Shown here: piece by piece, positions 10,470 to 20,352 of the stretch
Layout: each line of letters starts with the position of its first letter
Position numbering within the stretch: the first letter of the stretch is position 1
IMG/VR virus record: IMGVR_UViG_3300037419_001192
Span: 38,691-102,690 of that record
From: a virus
Direction: 5' to 3' (one strand)
Length of the DNA: 64,000 bases
Made by a program: the position numbers and the translations under genes
Notes under the pieces: generated by a model
The model's database searches: none
Told to the model about the DNA's origin: nothing
What the model saw: only the letters and a program-made list of their open reading frames with translations

Positions 10470-12458
10470 ATGACCGCGACAATGAATCTCGACTATGCGT
10501 TTGGCGGGCAACCCTATGCGGTGGATGCTCCCAGCGACACGACCCCGGATACCCTTGATTATGCGTTTGGCGGGCAGCCCATCTATGTACCGTCATCCTC
10601 TACGGCGTCTTCGTATTCGGTTTCCGTATCGGAATTTGCCACGGCGGCGGATACGCTGTCGGCAACGGATTCCACCGCTGCCAGCATTACCGAAGCCGCT
10701 ACGGCGGCGGATTCCCCTGCCACCACAGTTGCCACGGCGGTCAGCATTCTGGAAAGCAATACCGCCTCGGATTCCGTTACCGGGGGCAATGTCACCACGG
10801 CGGCACAATCTGAGCCCGCTGCGGCGGGGGATGCCCCCACGGTAGCGGTCAATTTTGCACCCTCGATCACCGAAGCTAATACCGCGCTCGATACACTGAC
10901 TACTGCGGTGACATCGGCAGCCACGGTATTGGAAGCCGCCACGGCGGGGGATAGCACCGATGCCGGCGACCTCGTATCCGATAGCGTGGTGGAGGCTGCT
11001 GCCAGCGCCGATACGGTTGCCGCGACTTGGCAATCGATTGCCACTGCCATGGAAGCCGCAACAGCCGCAGATGCAGTTGGGGTTTCTATACTGGGAGGTT
11101 CTTTCAGCGTTGCCGAGCCCGCCACGGCGACTGACCAAAGCAATGCGTCGGCTATTTATTTGATCAGCGAAGCGGGCGCAGCCACCGATGCGGTGTCAGC
11201 GGGGCGTATCGTTGCAGCTTCGGTTACCGAAGCGGCCACGGCGGGCGATGGCCTCGATCTGCAACAATCGCTGGGCGTCGCCATCACTGAAGCGGCGGTT
11301 GCTGCGGATAGCGAAACCGCTGCCTTCCATACCGTGCTGCGCCAAAGCGAAACGGCGGCAGCGAATTCGACGCAAGCCAGTACGTTGGTCACCGCAGCCA
11401 GCATCAATGAAGCCGCTGCTGCGACCGATAAGCTATCGGCCACGATCCCCAAGAGCCATCAAGTCAAGGCCAGCTTGGCTGAAGCGGCTGCCGCCAAGGA
11501 TACGGTATCGACCGGCCCGACCAAGACCACGGCCACCATCACTGAAAATGGCTTGGCGGCAGATCAAGTGTCTTCCAGCTATATCGGCCAAGTCACGCCG
11601 AATGCCGAGGCCATGGCTGCCTCCGATCAAGCTGGCAGCACGATGGTTACCCTTGCTACGGCGGCGGAAGCCGCGCTGGCGGATGACCTTGCCGATGGCA
11701 CGTTGGTATCGACGCAAGGGGCAGTGGATGCTGCTGCGGCGGCAGATTCCTTATCTGCTGGCGTAACAACGGCGGCTGCTGTGCTGGAGATTGTTGCGGC
11801 AGTCGAAATAGTATCGGGCACTCTCGTCACGGCGGCGGGCGTTACGGAAGCCGCTGCTGCCCTCGATACCGAACAGCAGACCAAGGCGCTGGCCCCGCTG
11901 GCAATGCATCTGGAAGTTGCGCAAGCACTGGATGTCGTGGCTGCGGATCGTATCGTGCTTGCCGATGTCGCAGAGCCGACCGACTACCTGACCGAAGCAA
12001 CTGATTCTTCGTTGATCGAACTCTCGGTGCAGCAACTCGAAAAGCTGCATGCCACCGATGCCACCGATGCCGGCTATGCGATCCCGCTGGCAGATACCGA
12101 AGCCGCGAATGCGAAAGCCATGGTATCGGCAGGCTTGCTGGCGGCAGCAGAGCAATGGGATTACGCGGCAGCACAGGATGACGTCGATGCCGGGATCACG
12201 TACCAAGTCAGCGTGGCTGAAGCCGCCTTCGCTACGGATAGTACCGATGCCGGCGTGATTCGCCTTGCCATCACTGTGGAAATCGCGGCGGCGAGCGATG
12301 CCAGCAACCGCGCCATCGAAGAAATCAAGCCGATCAAGACTGGATTGCATTTCGCCCATATCGGACACGGCAGCTTGAATTGGCAATCAATTGCCAAGCG
12401 CGAGGCGAACTTTAGTTCGGTGCGCCGTTATCAAGTACCATTTTCCGATGAGCAATAG
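10470..12458 (+). CDS. Ala/Thr-rich repetitive fibre protein
   Basis: Many ~19-aa S(I/V)xEAAxAxD repeats; duplicated LDYAFGGQP at the N-terminus. Confidence 0.65.
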   Translation: MTATMNLDYAFGGQPYAVDAPSDTTPDTLDYAFGGQPIYVPSSSTASSYSVSVSEFATAADTLSATDSTAASITEAATAADSPATTVATAVSILESNTASDSVTGGNVTTAAQSEPAAAGDAPTVAVNFAPSITEANTALDTLTTAVTSAATVLEAATAGDSTDAGDLVSDSVVEAAASADTVAATWQSIATAMEAATAADAVGVSILGGSFSVAEPATATDQSNASAIYLISEAGAATDAVSAGRIVAASVTEAATAGDGLDLQQSLGVAITEAAVAADSETAAFHTVLRQSETAAANSTQASTLVTAASINEAAAATDKLSATIPKSHQVKASLAEAAAAKDTVSTGPTKTTATITENGLAADQVSSSYIGQVTPNAEAMAASDQAGSTMVTLATAAEAALADDLADGTLVSTQGAVDAAAAADSLSAGVTTAAAVLEIVAAVEIVSGTLVTAAGVTEAAAALDTEQQTKALAPLAMHLEVAQALDVVAADRIVLADVAEPTDYLTEATDSSLIELSVQQLEKLHATDATDAGYAIPLADTEAANAKAMVSAGLLAAAEQWDYAAAQDDVDAGITYQVSVAEAAFATDSTDAGVIRLAITVEIAAASDASNRAIEEIKPIKTGLHFAHIGHGSLNWQSIAKREANFSSVRRYQVPFSDEQ

Positions 12459-12466
12459 GAGCCGCC

Positions 12467-12775
12467 ATGAGCTATACCCTTGTTGAAAATGATACCGGTG
12501 TACAACTTGAAGTCACTTGCACCGAGAACGATCCGCCGACGCCCATCGACTTGACCGATTGCACCGTGCTGATTCGCTGGCAAAACATCAATGGCACTTT
12601 CGAGCGACAGATGACGATCCTCGATATCGCCGGGGGCGTGGTCACGTATACCTTCGGCGCAGCGGAAATCGTCGCGCCTGATATGGAATTTGAATTACAA
12701 ATTACCAACCTTGCGGGCAATGTTCGTACTTCTTTGCAAACAATTCGTGAAAGAGTGCGTGAAAGACTCGGTTAA
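12467..12775 (+). CDS. BppU-like baseplate/fibre-associated protein
   Basis: NDTG..PIDLT..GGVVTYTF..EFELQIT pattern; AGGAG SD. Confidence 0.55.
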   Translation: MSYTLVENDTGVQLEVTCTENDPPTPIDLTDCTVLIRWQNINGTFERQMTILDIAGGVVTYTFGAAEIVAPDMEFELQITNLAGNVRTSLQTIRERVRERLG

Positions 12776-12855
12776 TACCAAAAATCAGAACGATTAGTGT
12801 TGTTCGGAGGAAATGGTCAGACTACGCTTCGGATAGGTAACCAACGGAGTCTGCC

Positions 12856-13101
12856 ATGCCCGGAATAGGACAACGGCCCGAAGACCATTCGGATATCAAG
12901 GTGGACATCGCCATCCTGAAGAAAGAAGTCGAAGCGGCGCGAGAAATGATGAAGCGGGAATTGGATACGGTCAATTCCACCCTGAAAACCCTTGTCACCC
13001 GGATTGAATTCACCCCGATCAAGATCATCGTGTACGGCCTCGTCGGCTCGATCATGACCGGAGTTCTCGGTGCCATCTTGGCGAATGTGATACGAAAATG
13101 A
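12856..13101 (+). CDS. Small membrane protein (holin-like)
   Basis: Coiled coil plus C-terminal TM helix; upstream of endolysin. Confidence 0.5.
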   Translation: MPGIGQRPEDHSDIKVDIAILKKEVEAAREMMKRELDTVNSTLKTLVTRIEFTPIKIIVYGLVGSIMTGVLGAILANVIRK

Positions 13102-13568
13102 TACCCCACGGCATGAAGCAAGCGGTCAGGCAAGAATTCCCGGTGCTGCTGGCAGTCTGTTTCGTCGCCCTGATCCTCGGCGGGCTCGGCGCAATCGGTT
13201 GGCTGTATGTTTTCGAACAGCCTTACCTCGAATACCGCAACATTCCCTTTCCGATCACGGACAACCCGGTGCGGGCCGGCGATTCGGTGCCGTTGACGGT
13301 ATCGCGGTGCAGCCGGGCTTCAACGCCGCGCACCTATACCCTCACGCACTCGCTGGAAAACATCAAAACGCATGCCGTGGTGCTGCTGCCCGAAACGCAA
13401 TCGTATATCCAGCCGGGTTGCTCCATCGGCCTATCCTCGCTGCATACGGTGCCGAAAGGCACTCCGACCGGGCGCTACCGCGTCTATGGCTTGGCTGAAG
13501 TCCGCACCAGTTTCCGTACCCATTACGTCGAATGGTATAGCCAAGAATTCGATGTGATTGGCAATTGA
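13098..13568 (+). CDS. Membrane-anchored lysis-module protein
   Basis: N-terminal TM helix followed by a beta-rich domain; ATGA coupling. Confidence 0.5.
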   Translation: MIPHGMKQAVRQEFPVLLAVCFVALILGGLGAIGWLYVFEQPYLEYRNIPFPITDNPVRAGDSVPLTVSRCSRASTPRTYTLTHSLENIKTHAVVLLPETQSYIQPGCSIGLSSLHTVPKGTPTGRYRVYGLAEVRTSFRTHYVEWYSQEFDVIGN

Positions 13569-13583
13569 TTGCCGGATGCCGCC

Positions 13584-14048
13584 ATGCAAATCTCCGACAA
13601 CGCCGGCAAGATACTGAAGCATTACGAGCAAGGGCCGGGCGGCGATTTTGCGCCGAATCCTTACCTGTGCCCGGCTGGCAAGAGGACGGTGGGCTGGGGC
13701 CATGTCATCCTTCCCTTCGAAAAATTCAACTTCCCGATCAGCCGCGATGAAGCGGATTCGATCCTGCAAACCGATTTGGCAAAGGCACTGATCGCCGTGA
13801 TGTCCGGCATCAAGGTAGCGCTGAACCAAGGCCAGATCGATGCCATTACCTCCTTCACGTTCAATGTCGGGGATCACGCCTTCCTGACATCCACGATGCT
13901 CAAGTACATCAACGCCTCGAAATTCCAGTTGGCTGCCGCCGAGTTTGGCAAATGGGTCTTCGCGGGCGGCATGGTGCTGCCGGGACTGGTGCGGCGCAGA
14001 AACTGCGAGTCCCATTTGTTTTTAACCGGGGAATTGCTGCTGTTCTAA
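13584..14048 (+). CDS. Endolysin, GH24 lysozyme
   Basis: E..YLCPAGKRTVGWGH, LNQGQIDAITSFTFNVG, LPGLVRRR. Confidence 0.92.
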   Translation: MQISDNAGKILKHYEQGPGGDFAPNPYLCPAGKRTVGWGHVILPFEKFNFPISRDEADSILQTDLAKALIAVMSGIKVALNQGQIDAITSFTFNVGDHAFLTSTMLKYINASKFQLAAAEFGKWVFAGGMVLPGLVRRRNCESHLFLTGELLLF

Positions 14049-14060
14049 CAGGGAGGGGCT

Positions 14061-14543
14061 ATGGAAAAGCTGATATTGTTTTTTCAGTTGTTTCGCCAAG
14101 GGTCTGAAGTCGCTGATCCTGCAAAGTGGAAGTCGCGCCAGATCACGGCCACGATGCTCGTCGGCGTGTTCGTCATCCTGCAAAAAATTGCCAAGAGCTT
14201 CGGCTATGAAATCCCGCTCAATGAAGGCGACATGGCTACGGTGGGCGGCGCGATTGTGGTTATCGTCAATGTGGTGCTTACCATGGTCACCAGCAAGCGG
14301 GCAGGCTTTCCCATCCCCGCCGACCAACCCCCATTCCAGCCTGTGGAGCCAGACCGGGTTATCGGCACCGAATCTCGCGGCCCTGTCACGGTTGCAACCG
14401 GCAACAATGAAGACATTGCCTCGTTCACCGTCACGACCAAGAAGCGGGATCAAACTGGAGTGGATCGACCCGCTGCCAAGGCAGACGCGCCATTGCAGCC
14501 CGTCGCTAGAACCCCTCGCCCGGACGATACCTATTTCGGGTAG
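14061..14543 (+). CDS. Putative holin (two TM helices)
   Basis: WKSRQI followed by two hydrophobic segments; directly after endolysin; GGAGG SD. Confidence 0.55.
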   Translation: MEKLILFFQLFRQGSEVADPAKWKSRQITATMLVGVFVILQKIAKSFGYEIPLNEGDMATVGGAIVVIVNVVLTMVTSKRAGFPIPADQPPFQPVEPDRVIGTESRGPVTVATGNNEDIASFTVTTKKRDQTGVDRPAAKADAPLQPVARTPRPDDTYFG

Positions 14544-14629
14544 TATTGCGGTGCAGCTACCTTCCGGTGGGGAAATCTATCTGACCGGTATCCAATTCAA
14601 GATCAAATGCATTTACTAAGGAGTGTGAA

Positions 14630-14902
14630 ATGAGCAATTTTACCGATATCGTCAAAGCCGCCGCCGAAATCCTGCCGGTCGTTGCCTCGCTCGTGCAAGC
14701 CGTGGAAGCGGTGATGCCGCAATCGGGCCAAGGCTCGGTCAAGCTGGCTGCGGTGCGCGTGATGCTGCAAAACGCTTACAACCAAGTCGAACATGCTTCC
14801 GCCGCCTTCGATCAGGTATGGCCGCTGGTACAGCCGGCGATTGCCGCAATGGTCACTGTCTACAATGCAACTGGCCTGTTCCACAAGCCGCAGCAGGCTT
14901 GA
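14630..14902 (+). CDS. Small lysis-cluster protein
   Basis: AAGGAG SD; VEAVMP.SGQG.VKL motif common next to phage lysis genes. Confidence 0.5.
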   Translation: MSNFTDIVKAAAEILPVVASLVQAVEAVMPQSGQGSVKLAAVRVMLQNAYNQVEHASAAFDQVWPLVQPAIAAMVTVYNATGLFHKPQQA

Positions 14903-14927
14903 CAAACAGATCGGTCGGTGCTAACCT
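14899..14927 (+). promoter_or_regulatory. sigma70-type promoter (TTGACAAAC class)
   Basis: TTGACA-17-TAACCT. Confidence 0.55.
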
Positions 14928-14967
14928 GAATTTGGTTTAACCGACCGAAGCATTCTCTACTCTGCCA

Positions 14968-15003
14968 ACCCCGATGCGTGTAATAGCCATCGGGGTCTTT
15001 TTT
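14968..15003 (+). terminator. Rho-independent terminator
   Basis: CCCCGATG..CATCGGGG followed by TCTTTTTT. Confidence 0.7.
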
Positions 15004-15006
15004 CGC

Positions 15007-15270
15007 CTATGCAGGATCGTATTCCGCCACTACCAGCGGCGCGTTAGCTTCCTTCGGTCTGACGATCCTGCCATCTTCATCGACGTAGGTTCTCGGATCG
15101 ACAGAATGGACGCGCCAGCCTTTCGGGGCTCGGTATTGCCCGGCTTCCTTCAAGGCCAGTTTTGCCGCAGCGATATCCTTGCCCTTGCCCCAGTAACCGG
15201 AGGAAGTGCTGATCAATAGGAAGTCACCTTCGCGGGCAGGGACGAGCGTGTTCGGGATTGGTTTAGCCAT
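15007..15270 (-). CDS. Hypothetical protein (only clear minus-strand gene)
   Basis: Phage-typical CAATGGAGTGAGAA-ATG leader and its own promoter on the minus strand. Confidence 0.7.
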   Translation of the reverse strand: MAKPIPNTLVPAREGDFLLISTSSGYWGKGKDIAAAKLALKEAGQYRAPKGWRVHSVDPRTYVDEDGRIVRPKEANAPLVVAEYDPA

Positions 15271-15318
15271 TTCTCACTCCATTGATATCCGGCAGGAACA
15301 ATTCCCACCGACAAACCC

Positions 15319-15347
15319 AGTATAACACACAACAAATGGTTTGTCAA
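15319..15347 (-). promoter_or_regulatory. sigma70-type promoter, leftward
   Basis: TTGACA-17-TATACT on the minus strand. Confidence 0.75.
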
Positions 15348-15381
15348 ATACAACCGTGCGGCAATCGATTGCCAAAACCCT

Positions 15382-15409
15382 TTGACAAACCGTATAGATG
15401 TGATAATAT
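15382..15409 (+). promoter_or_regulatory. sigma70-type promoter, rightward
   Basis: TTGACAAAC..TG-a-TAATAT. Confidence 0.7.
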
Positions 15410-15447
15410 GAAGTCGTAGTGATGACCAACGATCAATGGAGTGAGAA

Positions 15448-15648
15448 ATGACTGGTAACGAGATTGTCCGAAAAGTTCGCGCCCATCGCGGCAAAGTGCA
15501 GATGCCGGTGCTGTTCCCGAATGACACGGTGTATATGTACGTCGAAAAAGCCGACATCATCGATAGGTTCAAACGGTACGGAAATGAAGATTCGGAAATG
15601 GTTTTCGAGATTAGGGGCGAGGATGCCTATATCGACCGCGCTTACTGA
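15448..15648 (+). CDS. Hypothetical protein
   Basis: GGAG SD, downstream of promoter. Confidence 0.6.
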   Translation: MTGNEIVRKVRAHRGKVQMPVLFPNDTVYMYVEKADIIDRFKRYGNEDSEMVFEIRGEDAYIDRAY

Positions 15649-15690
15649 CCAGAAACAGGTTTATACTGGGCAACTTCTACGGAGGTTGCC

Positions 15691-15972
15691 ATGCAACGAA
15701 TCGATCTGTCGAAACATCATGTTGTGCGCGGCATCGCCAGCAACAAGTCTGATTGGCATGAAATGCCGTACAAGATTCAATGGCAGCAGCCGGACTCGTT
15801 AGATTTGTGGATTCTCACAGAGCCCGGCTTATACCAGTGGCGCGGCTTGATCAACAAGGTCACCGGCCAGCGCATGACCTATCAGCATGATTGGGTTGGA
15901 GCGCTCGGGCAATTCCAATTCTTTGGCGGCATCCTCGGCGTGGAGTATGATTTGGTGCTTGTCGTGAAGTAA
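15691..15972 (+). CDS. Hypothetical protein
   Basis: GGAGG SD. Confidence 0.6.
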   Translation: MQRIDLSKHHVVRGIASNKSDWHEMPYKIQWQQPDSLDLWILTEPGLYQWRGLINKVTGQRMTYQHDWVGALGQFQFFGGILGVEYDLVLVVK

Positions 15973-15990
15973 GACCTTCAAGGAGTGAAC

Positions 15991-16218
15991 ATGACTGCCC
16001 AGCAAGCCCGCGTCTTGAAAATACTGATTGCCCGCGACCGTTTGTACCGCAGCAAAGTGTTTTATCAAGTCCCTGTCGAAAAGAAAGACATGGGCGTGGC
16101 AATCGGCGTGGTGGCGAATCGCCAGACCGCTGATTCCCTCGTTGCATGCGGCTTGGCTGAAGTCCGAGACTTTGATGGCCGGCTGTATGTGTGTTTGAAA
16201 AGTAACCTTGGCAATTGA
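15991..16218 (+). CDS. Hypothetical protein
   Basis: AAGGAG SD. Confidence 0.55.
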   Translation: MTAQQARVLKILIARDRLYRSKVFYQVPVEKKDMGVAIGVVANRQTADSLVACGLAEVRDFDGRLYVCLKSNLGN

Positions 16219-16242
16219 TTGCCATTTTCAATGGAGTGGCTG

Positions 16243-17439
16243 ATGCTCATTGAAACTGCCTTGAAGGCAAAATTTCCTGTGATTGCTGTTACCACGGACG
16301 ATTGCATATCCGTGCCGCAAGTGCTGACCGCATGGACTGGATTCAAAGCCGCCGAACTATCCAGCAAGACCCAGATACCGGCGATCCACACGATTTACTA
16401 TTGCTTCGATGCCGACCTGATCACGATCAAGCTGTATGAGAAATTCAAGGATGCGGGCCGCAGCGTCGTGCTGGTGAATCCAGAAAAGAAATGTCAGATG
16501 GCATTCGAGGCCGGCGAACTGACGGTGCCGGAAGCGATGTTCCGCGAACATCTTGCCGCCCTGACCAATGAAGAAGTTGGCGGCATGCTGTACCCGGTAT
16601 TGAAAGGCTTGTCGTTAAAAACCGCTGAAGAAGTGTTGATGATTGCGCAAGTGCAATTCAATTCGGTGCTGCCCGCCGATGTGAAGCGGGCGCGGACGAT
16701 GTTGAAAGGGCTGGAGCATGGACTGCATACCATCGATACCGATTATGATTTCTATCTGTTCCCGGAAAAGCTGAAGGAATGGCTGGAACTCAACCGGGAT
16801 TACTTCCTGAATCCGAAAACACCGGCCAAGCTGGTGCCGCGTGGCGTGATGCTCGAAGGCTATCCCGGCACCGGCAAGTCGATGGCGGCAAAAGCAATTG
16901 CCCGCTATTTCGGGGTGCCGCTATACCGGCTCGATGTTTCCACCGCCATTACGAAATACCAAGGGGAATCGGAAAACCGCGTCGCCCGCATTCTTGCCTC
17001 GCTGGAAAAGGAAGCCCCGTGCGTGTTGTTGCTCGATGAAGTCGAAAAGATTTTCTCCGGTATATCCGGGGAATCCACCGGGGTCATCACCCGTATCCTG
17101 TCGCAACTGCTATGGTGGCTGGCCGAGCATCGCAGCCGTATTATCACGGTGATGACCACCAATAATTTGACGCACATCCCCCCGGAGTTGTACCGCAGTG
17201 GCCGTTGCGACATGGTAATGAAAATCCCTCGCATGAGCCTGCAAGAAGCGCATTGCTTTGCTATTCGAGTGTACGAGAGTGTTTTAGGGCAAAAACCTTC
17301 AATGAAGGTTACAACGATGCTAAAAGAGGCATTGAAAACCCAGAATGCCGCCGAGTTCGCCCATAGCGATGTTGCTGAAGTGGTCTATTTCCTGATAAAA
17401 AAACACAACTGGTTATCCCATGGCTCAATTTCCGTTTAA
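16243..17439 (+). CDS. AAA+ ATPase
   Basis: Walker A GYPGTGKS, Walker B LLLDEVEK, MTTN..PPELYRSGRCD. Confidence 0.9.
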   Translation: MLIETALKAKFPVIAVTTDDCISVPQVLTAWTGFKAAELSSKTQIPAIHTIYYCFDADLITIKLYEKFKDAGRSVVLVNPEKKCQMAFEAGELTVPEAMFREHLAALTNEEVGGMLYPVLKGLSLKTAEEVLMIAQVQFNSVLPADVKRARTMLKGLEHGLHTIDTDYDFYLFPEKLKEWLELNRDYFLNPKTPAKLVPRGVMLEGYPGTGKSMAAKAIARYFGVPLYRLDVSTAITKYQGESENRVARILASLEKEAPCVLLLDEVEKIFSGISGESTGVITRILSQLLWWLAEHRSRIITVMTTNNLTHIPPELYRSGRCDMVMKIPRMSLQEAHCFAIRVYESVLGQKPSMKVTTMLKEALKTQNAAEFAHSDVAEVVYFLIKKHNWLSHGSISV

Positions 17440-18034
17440 AGACCTGACTTTCCAAACTTTTGGAAAGTTAAAAGTTTTGTACCAGTCTGCTATTAAGAAA
17501 CATAACCGGGTGACTTGGGTATGCCGGTGTTCTTGTGGAAACCAATGCTTGGTCACTGGAAATGCTCTTGTTATGGGTAATACGTCTTCTTGCGGGTGTG
17601 GGCATTACGAGGGGATAACTACCCACGGCCTTTCAAAAACTCCAACCTATAAGAGTTGGAATGCCATGGTGGGCCGCTGCACAAAACCCAACTGGAAGGA
17701 TTATGCGCGTTATGGGGCAATAGGTATCACGGTATGTGGGCGGTGGCTGGGGGAAAAGGGATTTGAAAATTTCCTTGCCGATATGGGTACTCGTCCGGAA
17801 GGAACTACCCTTGACCGCTACCCTAATAATGCTGGCAATTATGAGCCCGGAAACTGCCGATGGGCTACTCCACAGCAGCAAAACACTAATCAAAGGCATC
17901 TAGTGTTTTATGAACACGAGGGCAAGAGAATGACAATCACCGAATGGGAACGTGAACTAGGGTTTAAAAAGACAACCCTCCGCGCCCGGATACAACGGTA
18001 TGGCATGACCTTTGAAGAAGCCATAAAGAAATGA
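17420..18034 (+). CDS. HNH homing endonuclease
   Basis: FGKLKV..WVCRCSCG..SCGC..FLADMG.RP..TLDR..GNYEPGNCRWAT; AT-richer than neighbours. Confidence 0.85.
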   Translation: MAQFPFKDLTFQTFGKLKVLYQSAIKKHNRVTWVCRCSCGNQCLVTGNALVMGNTSSCGCGHYEGITTHGLSKTPTYKSWNAMVGRCTKPNWKDYARYGAIGITVCGRWLGEKGFENFLADMGTRPEGTTLDRYPNNAGNYEPGNCRWATPQQQNTNQRHLVFYEHEGKRMTITEWERELGFKKTTLRARIQRYGMTFEEAIKK

Positions 18035-18062
18035 TTGACAAACCGGATAGTGAGAGTAAGAT
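18035..18062 (+). promoter_or_regulatory. sigma70-type promoter
   Basis: TTGACAAAC..TAAGAT. Confidence 0.6.
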
Positions 18063-18097
18063 GGGTCTGTCGCAAACAACCAACCAATGGAGTGAAA

Positions 18098-18667
18098 ATG
18101 ACTGAATTTTTGAAATCCGTTCTTGGCGATTACAAGCCATTCGAATTCATCCACGGCACCGGCAACCGCTACATTGTCATCGGGAAAGTCGGTGACAATA
18201 AAGTGGCGATCCATATCGAAGCCGGCACCGGGGCCGTACCGTACAAGGGCAACAAGCTGGCAACGACCGGGCTGGCGCTGCGGCTAATCGAAATCGGGGA
18301 AGATTCCCTGCTGGGTAAAGCCTTCGGGCATCGCGGCCATGCGCAGTTCGCCACCCCGGATGGGGAAGTCCTCGAAGGGCATCGGCTGATCAAGACCTTT
18401 TTGCCGGTCACCAACTACCCGACTTCCGGCGCGACGTTCCACAAGTTTCTGGCTGTAGCACTGCCGAAACTCGCCACTTTCATCAAGGAAAAACTCGAAG
18501 GCGCGGGCGGCAAACTGACGATTTCCCTCGATGAACTGGAAACCGCAATGAAATGCAACCTCGATCTGTACGATAACCCCGACCTCGATCTGTTCCATTT
18601 GCCGGGGCAAAAGCCGGATTGGCTCGAAGCCAAGAAACCGGAACCGCCTGCCGAGAGTGGCAATTGA
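18098..18667 (+). CDS. Hypothetical protein
   Basis: CAATGGAGTGAAA-ATG leader. Confidence 0.65.
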   Translation: MTEFLKSVLGDYKPFEFIHGTGNRYIVIGKVGDNKVAIHIEAGTGAVPYKGNKLATTGLALRLIEIGEDSLLGKAFGHRGHAQFATPDGEVLEGHRLIKTFLPVTNYPTSGATFHKFLAVALPKLATFIKEKLEGAGGKLTISLDELETAMKCNLDLYDNPDLDLFHLPGQKPDWLEAKKPEPPAESGN

Positions 18668-19241
18668 TTGCCACGATTGACCGGTTCTTCCTATGGTCGG
18701 GAGCCACCCATTTTTTCTTGCTCCTGACCTTCGGCTTCGATGCCATACTTGCTGTTTTCTTAATCAACCATTGGAGATTATCCGTGTCGCACAAGTGTTC
18801 CAAATGCACGATGAAGTTCAATTCCGCCAAGCAAGCGCAGTGTTCCCGGATCGGCTGCCCCGGCAATCGGGTCACGAAGAATTTGCAGGAAACTGCGGAT
18901 ATTCCCGAGTATGACTTCGGCGGCATCTTGCAAATGGATTCAACGAGCGAACCACTGGCTGATCGGGGAGAAATAGATGGGTACTGAAGCGCATGCAGCC
19001 CGGCATGGCTGCTACAACCGGCAGGTAAGCAATACCTTGGTCGTGCAAGTCGGCTGGACACGGGTCAGCAATTACGGCATGGGTTACACCACCCGCGAGC
19101 CGTTATTGAAGGAAATCCCGAGCCTGATGAGCAAGGATTGCAAATATAGCAAAGAGCATTACGACCCCAAGTGTTCCGGGTGCCTTTGGAACACAACCAA
19201 CCTGAAGTCCAACCCGTAGTTCACCTAAAGGAGTAGTCAAA

Positions 19242-19670
19242 ATGAAAAGTGCAACCGACAAAGACCAAAGCGCCGAAGAATTCTTTTACAACCGGGGCTT
19301 CAAGCCATGCTTCCACGATGGCTTGTGCAGCCACCATACCTATCTGGTCGTGGCCTGCAAGGAAGCCCGCGCCTACAACTGCATCGGCATCCGCAATGTC
19401 GGCAGGTATTTCCGCGTCCATGCTTACCCCAGCTTCGAATTCTTCGGCCTGACCGATATCGATTCCTATGGCCCGAAAGAAGATGTGAACGGCATCAGCT
19501 ATGAAGGCGTCCATTTCAACCAGCAACAAATCATCGCCATGCTGACAACACTGCAAGAAGATGATCTGGTGAAAGTCGCGCCGCTCGACCAGATATTCAG
19601 CGTGGTCGATCAGGGGTATGATCCCGAGTCGGCGGACAGTGCCAACGAACAGGTGAGCGAAGACGACTGA
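19242..19670 (+). CDS. Hypothetical protein
   Basis: AAGGAG SD, 142 aa. Confidence 0.6.
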   Translation: MKSATDKDQSAEEFFYNRGFKPCFHDGLCSHHTYLVVACKEARAYNCIGIRNVGRYFRVHAYPSFEFFGLTDIDSYGPKEDVNGISYEGVHFNQQQIIAMLTTLQEDDLVKVAPLDQIFSVVDQGYDPESADSANEQVSEDD

Positions 19671-20091
19671 GCGGCCCGTGGCGGCACGAACGCCACCGGG
19701 TTGATACCTGCCTACTACCCCGCTCGGAAAACCTCCCAGCGGGGCTTCCTTTTGGAGACAGCCGTGACAATAAAAATGAAGCTGGCATTCGAACAATGGA
19801 AACGTCTTGCGGTAGAGCATGTTGGAGCCCATTGGCCGACATGGTGCGGTGCTTGGATCATCCAGCAACAAGAAATCGACCGCTTGATTTGCGAAAACAT
19901 GCGACTGGAGCGCCGCTTGAACGAACTGGAGAAAAACAATGGAAATCAAATGGCTTTGCATCATGGCAGCGGTAATGATGGTAGCGATGTTCGGCTCGAT
20001 AGGCGTAACGGAATACCAGAAGGGCCAAGCCAAGATCGCTTGCTATGAAGCGGCAAAGACCAACCCGAAAATCAATTGCAAGGAGTGAACC

Positions 20092-20352
20092 ATGACAACG
20101 TGGAATTATCGGGTGATGGACATCCGCCACAACGATGGCAGCGGTGGGGTGGAAACGATCCGTGCCATTCATGAAGTCTATTACAACGAGCATGGCGAGC
20201 CGATCAGTTACACGCTGAACCCGGTGCAAGTGCTGACGGTGCTGGAAACCGATTCTCCGAATGCGCTGATGGAAACGCTGGACAAGATGCGCGAAGCCCT
20301 GTCGAAGCCGGTGATGACGCCGGTAGATTTCCATAGCCAGAAAGCCCCTTGA
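20092..20352 (+). CDS. Conserved phage hypothetical protein
   Basis: WNYRV..IHEVYY..GEP..ALSKPV. Confidence 0.65.
   Translation: MTTWNYRVMDIRHNDGSGGVETIRAIHEVYYNEHGEPISYTLNPVQVLTVLETDSPNALMETLDKMREALSKPVMTPVDFHSQKAP

Noticed and set aside
14188-14619. Overlapping spanin-like gene ending IQFKIKCIY
   Set aside because: The C-terminus looks like a beta-signal but I found no lipobox, signal peptide or SD.
15268-15450. Invertible promoter switch
   Set aside because: No invertase in the window; the repeat is the shared RBS motif and the enclosed segment is nearly symmetric.
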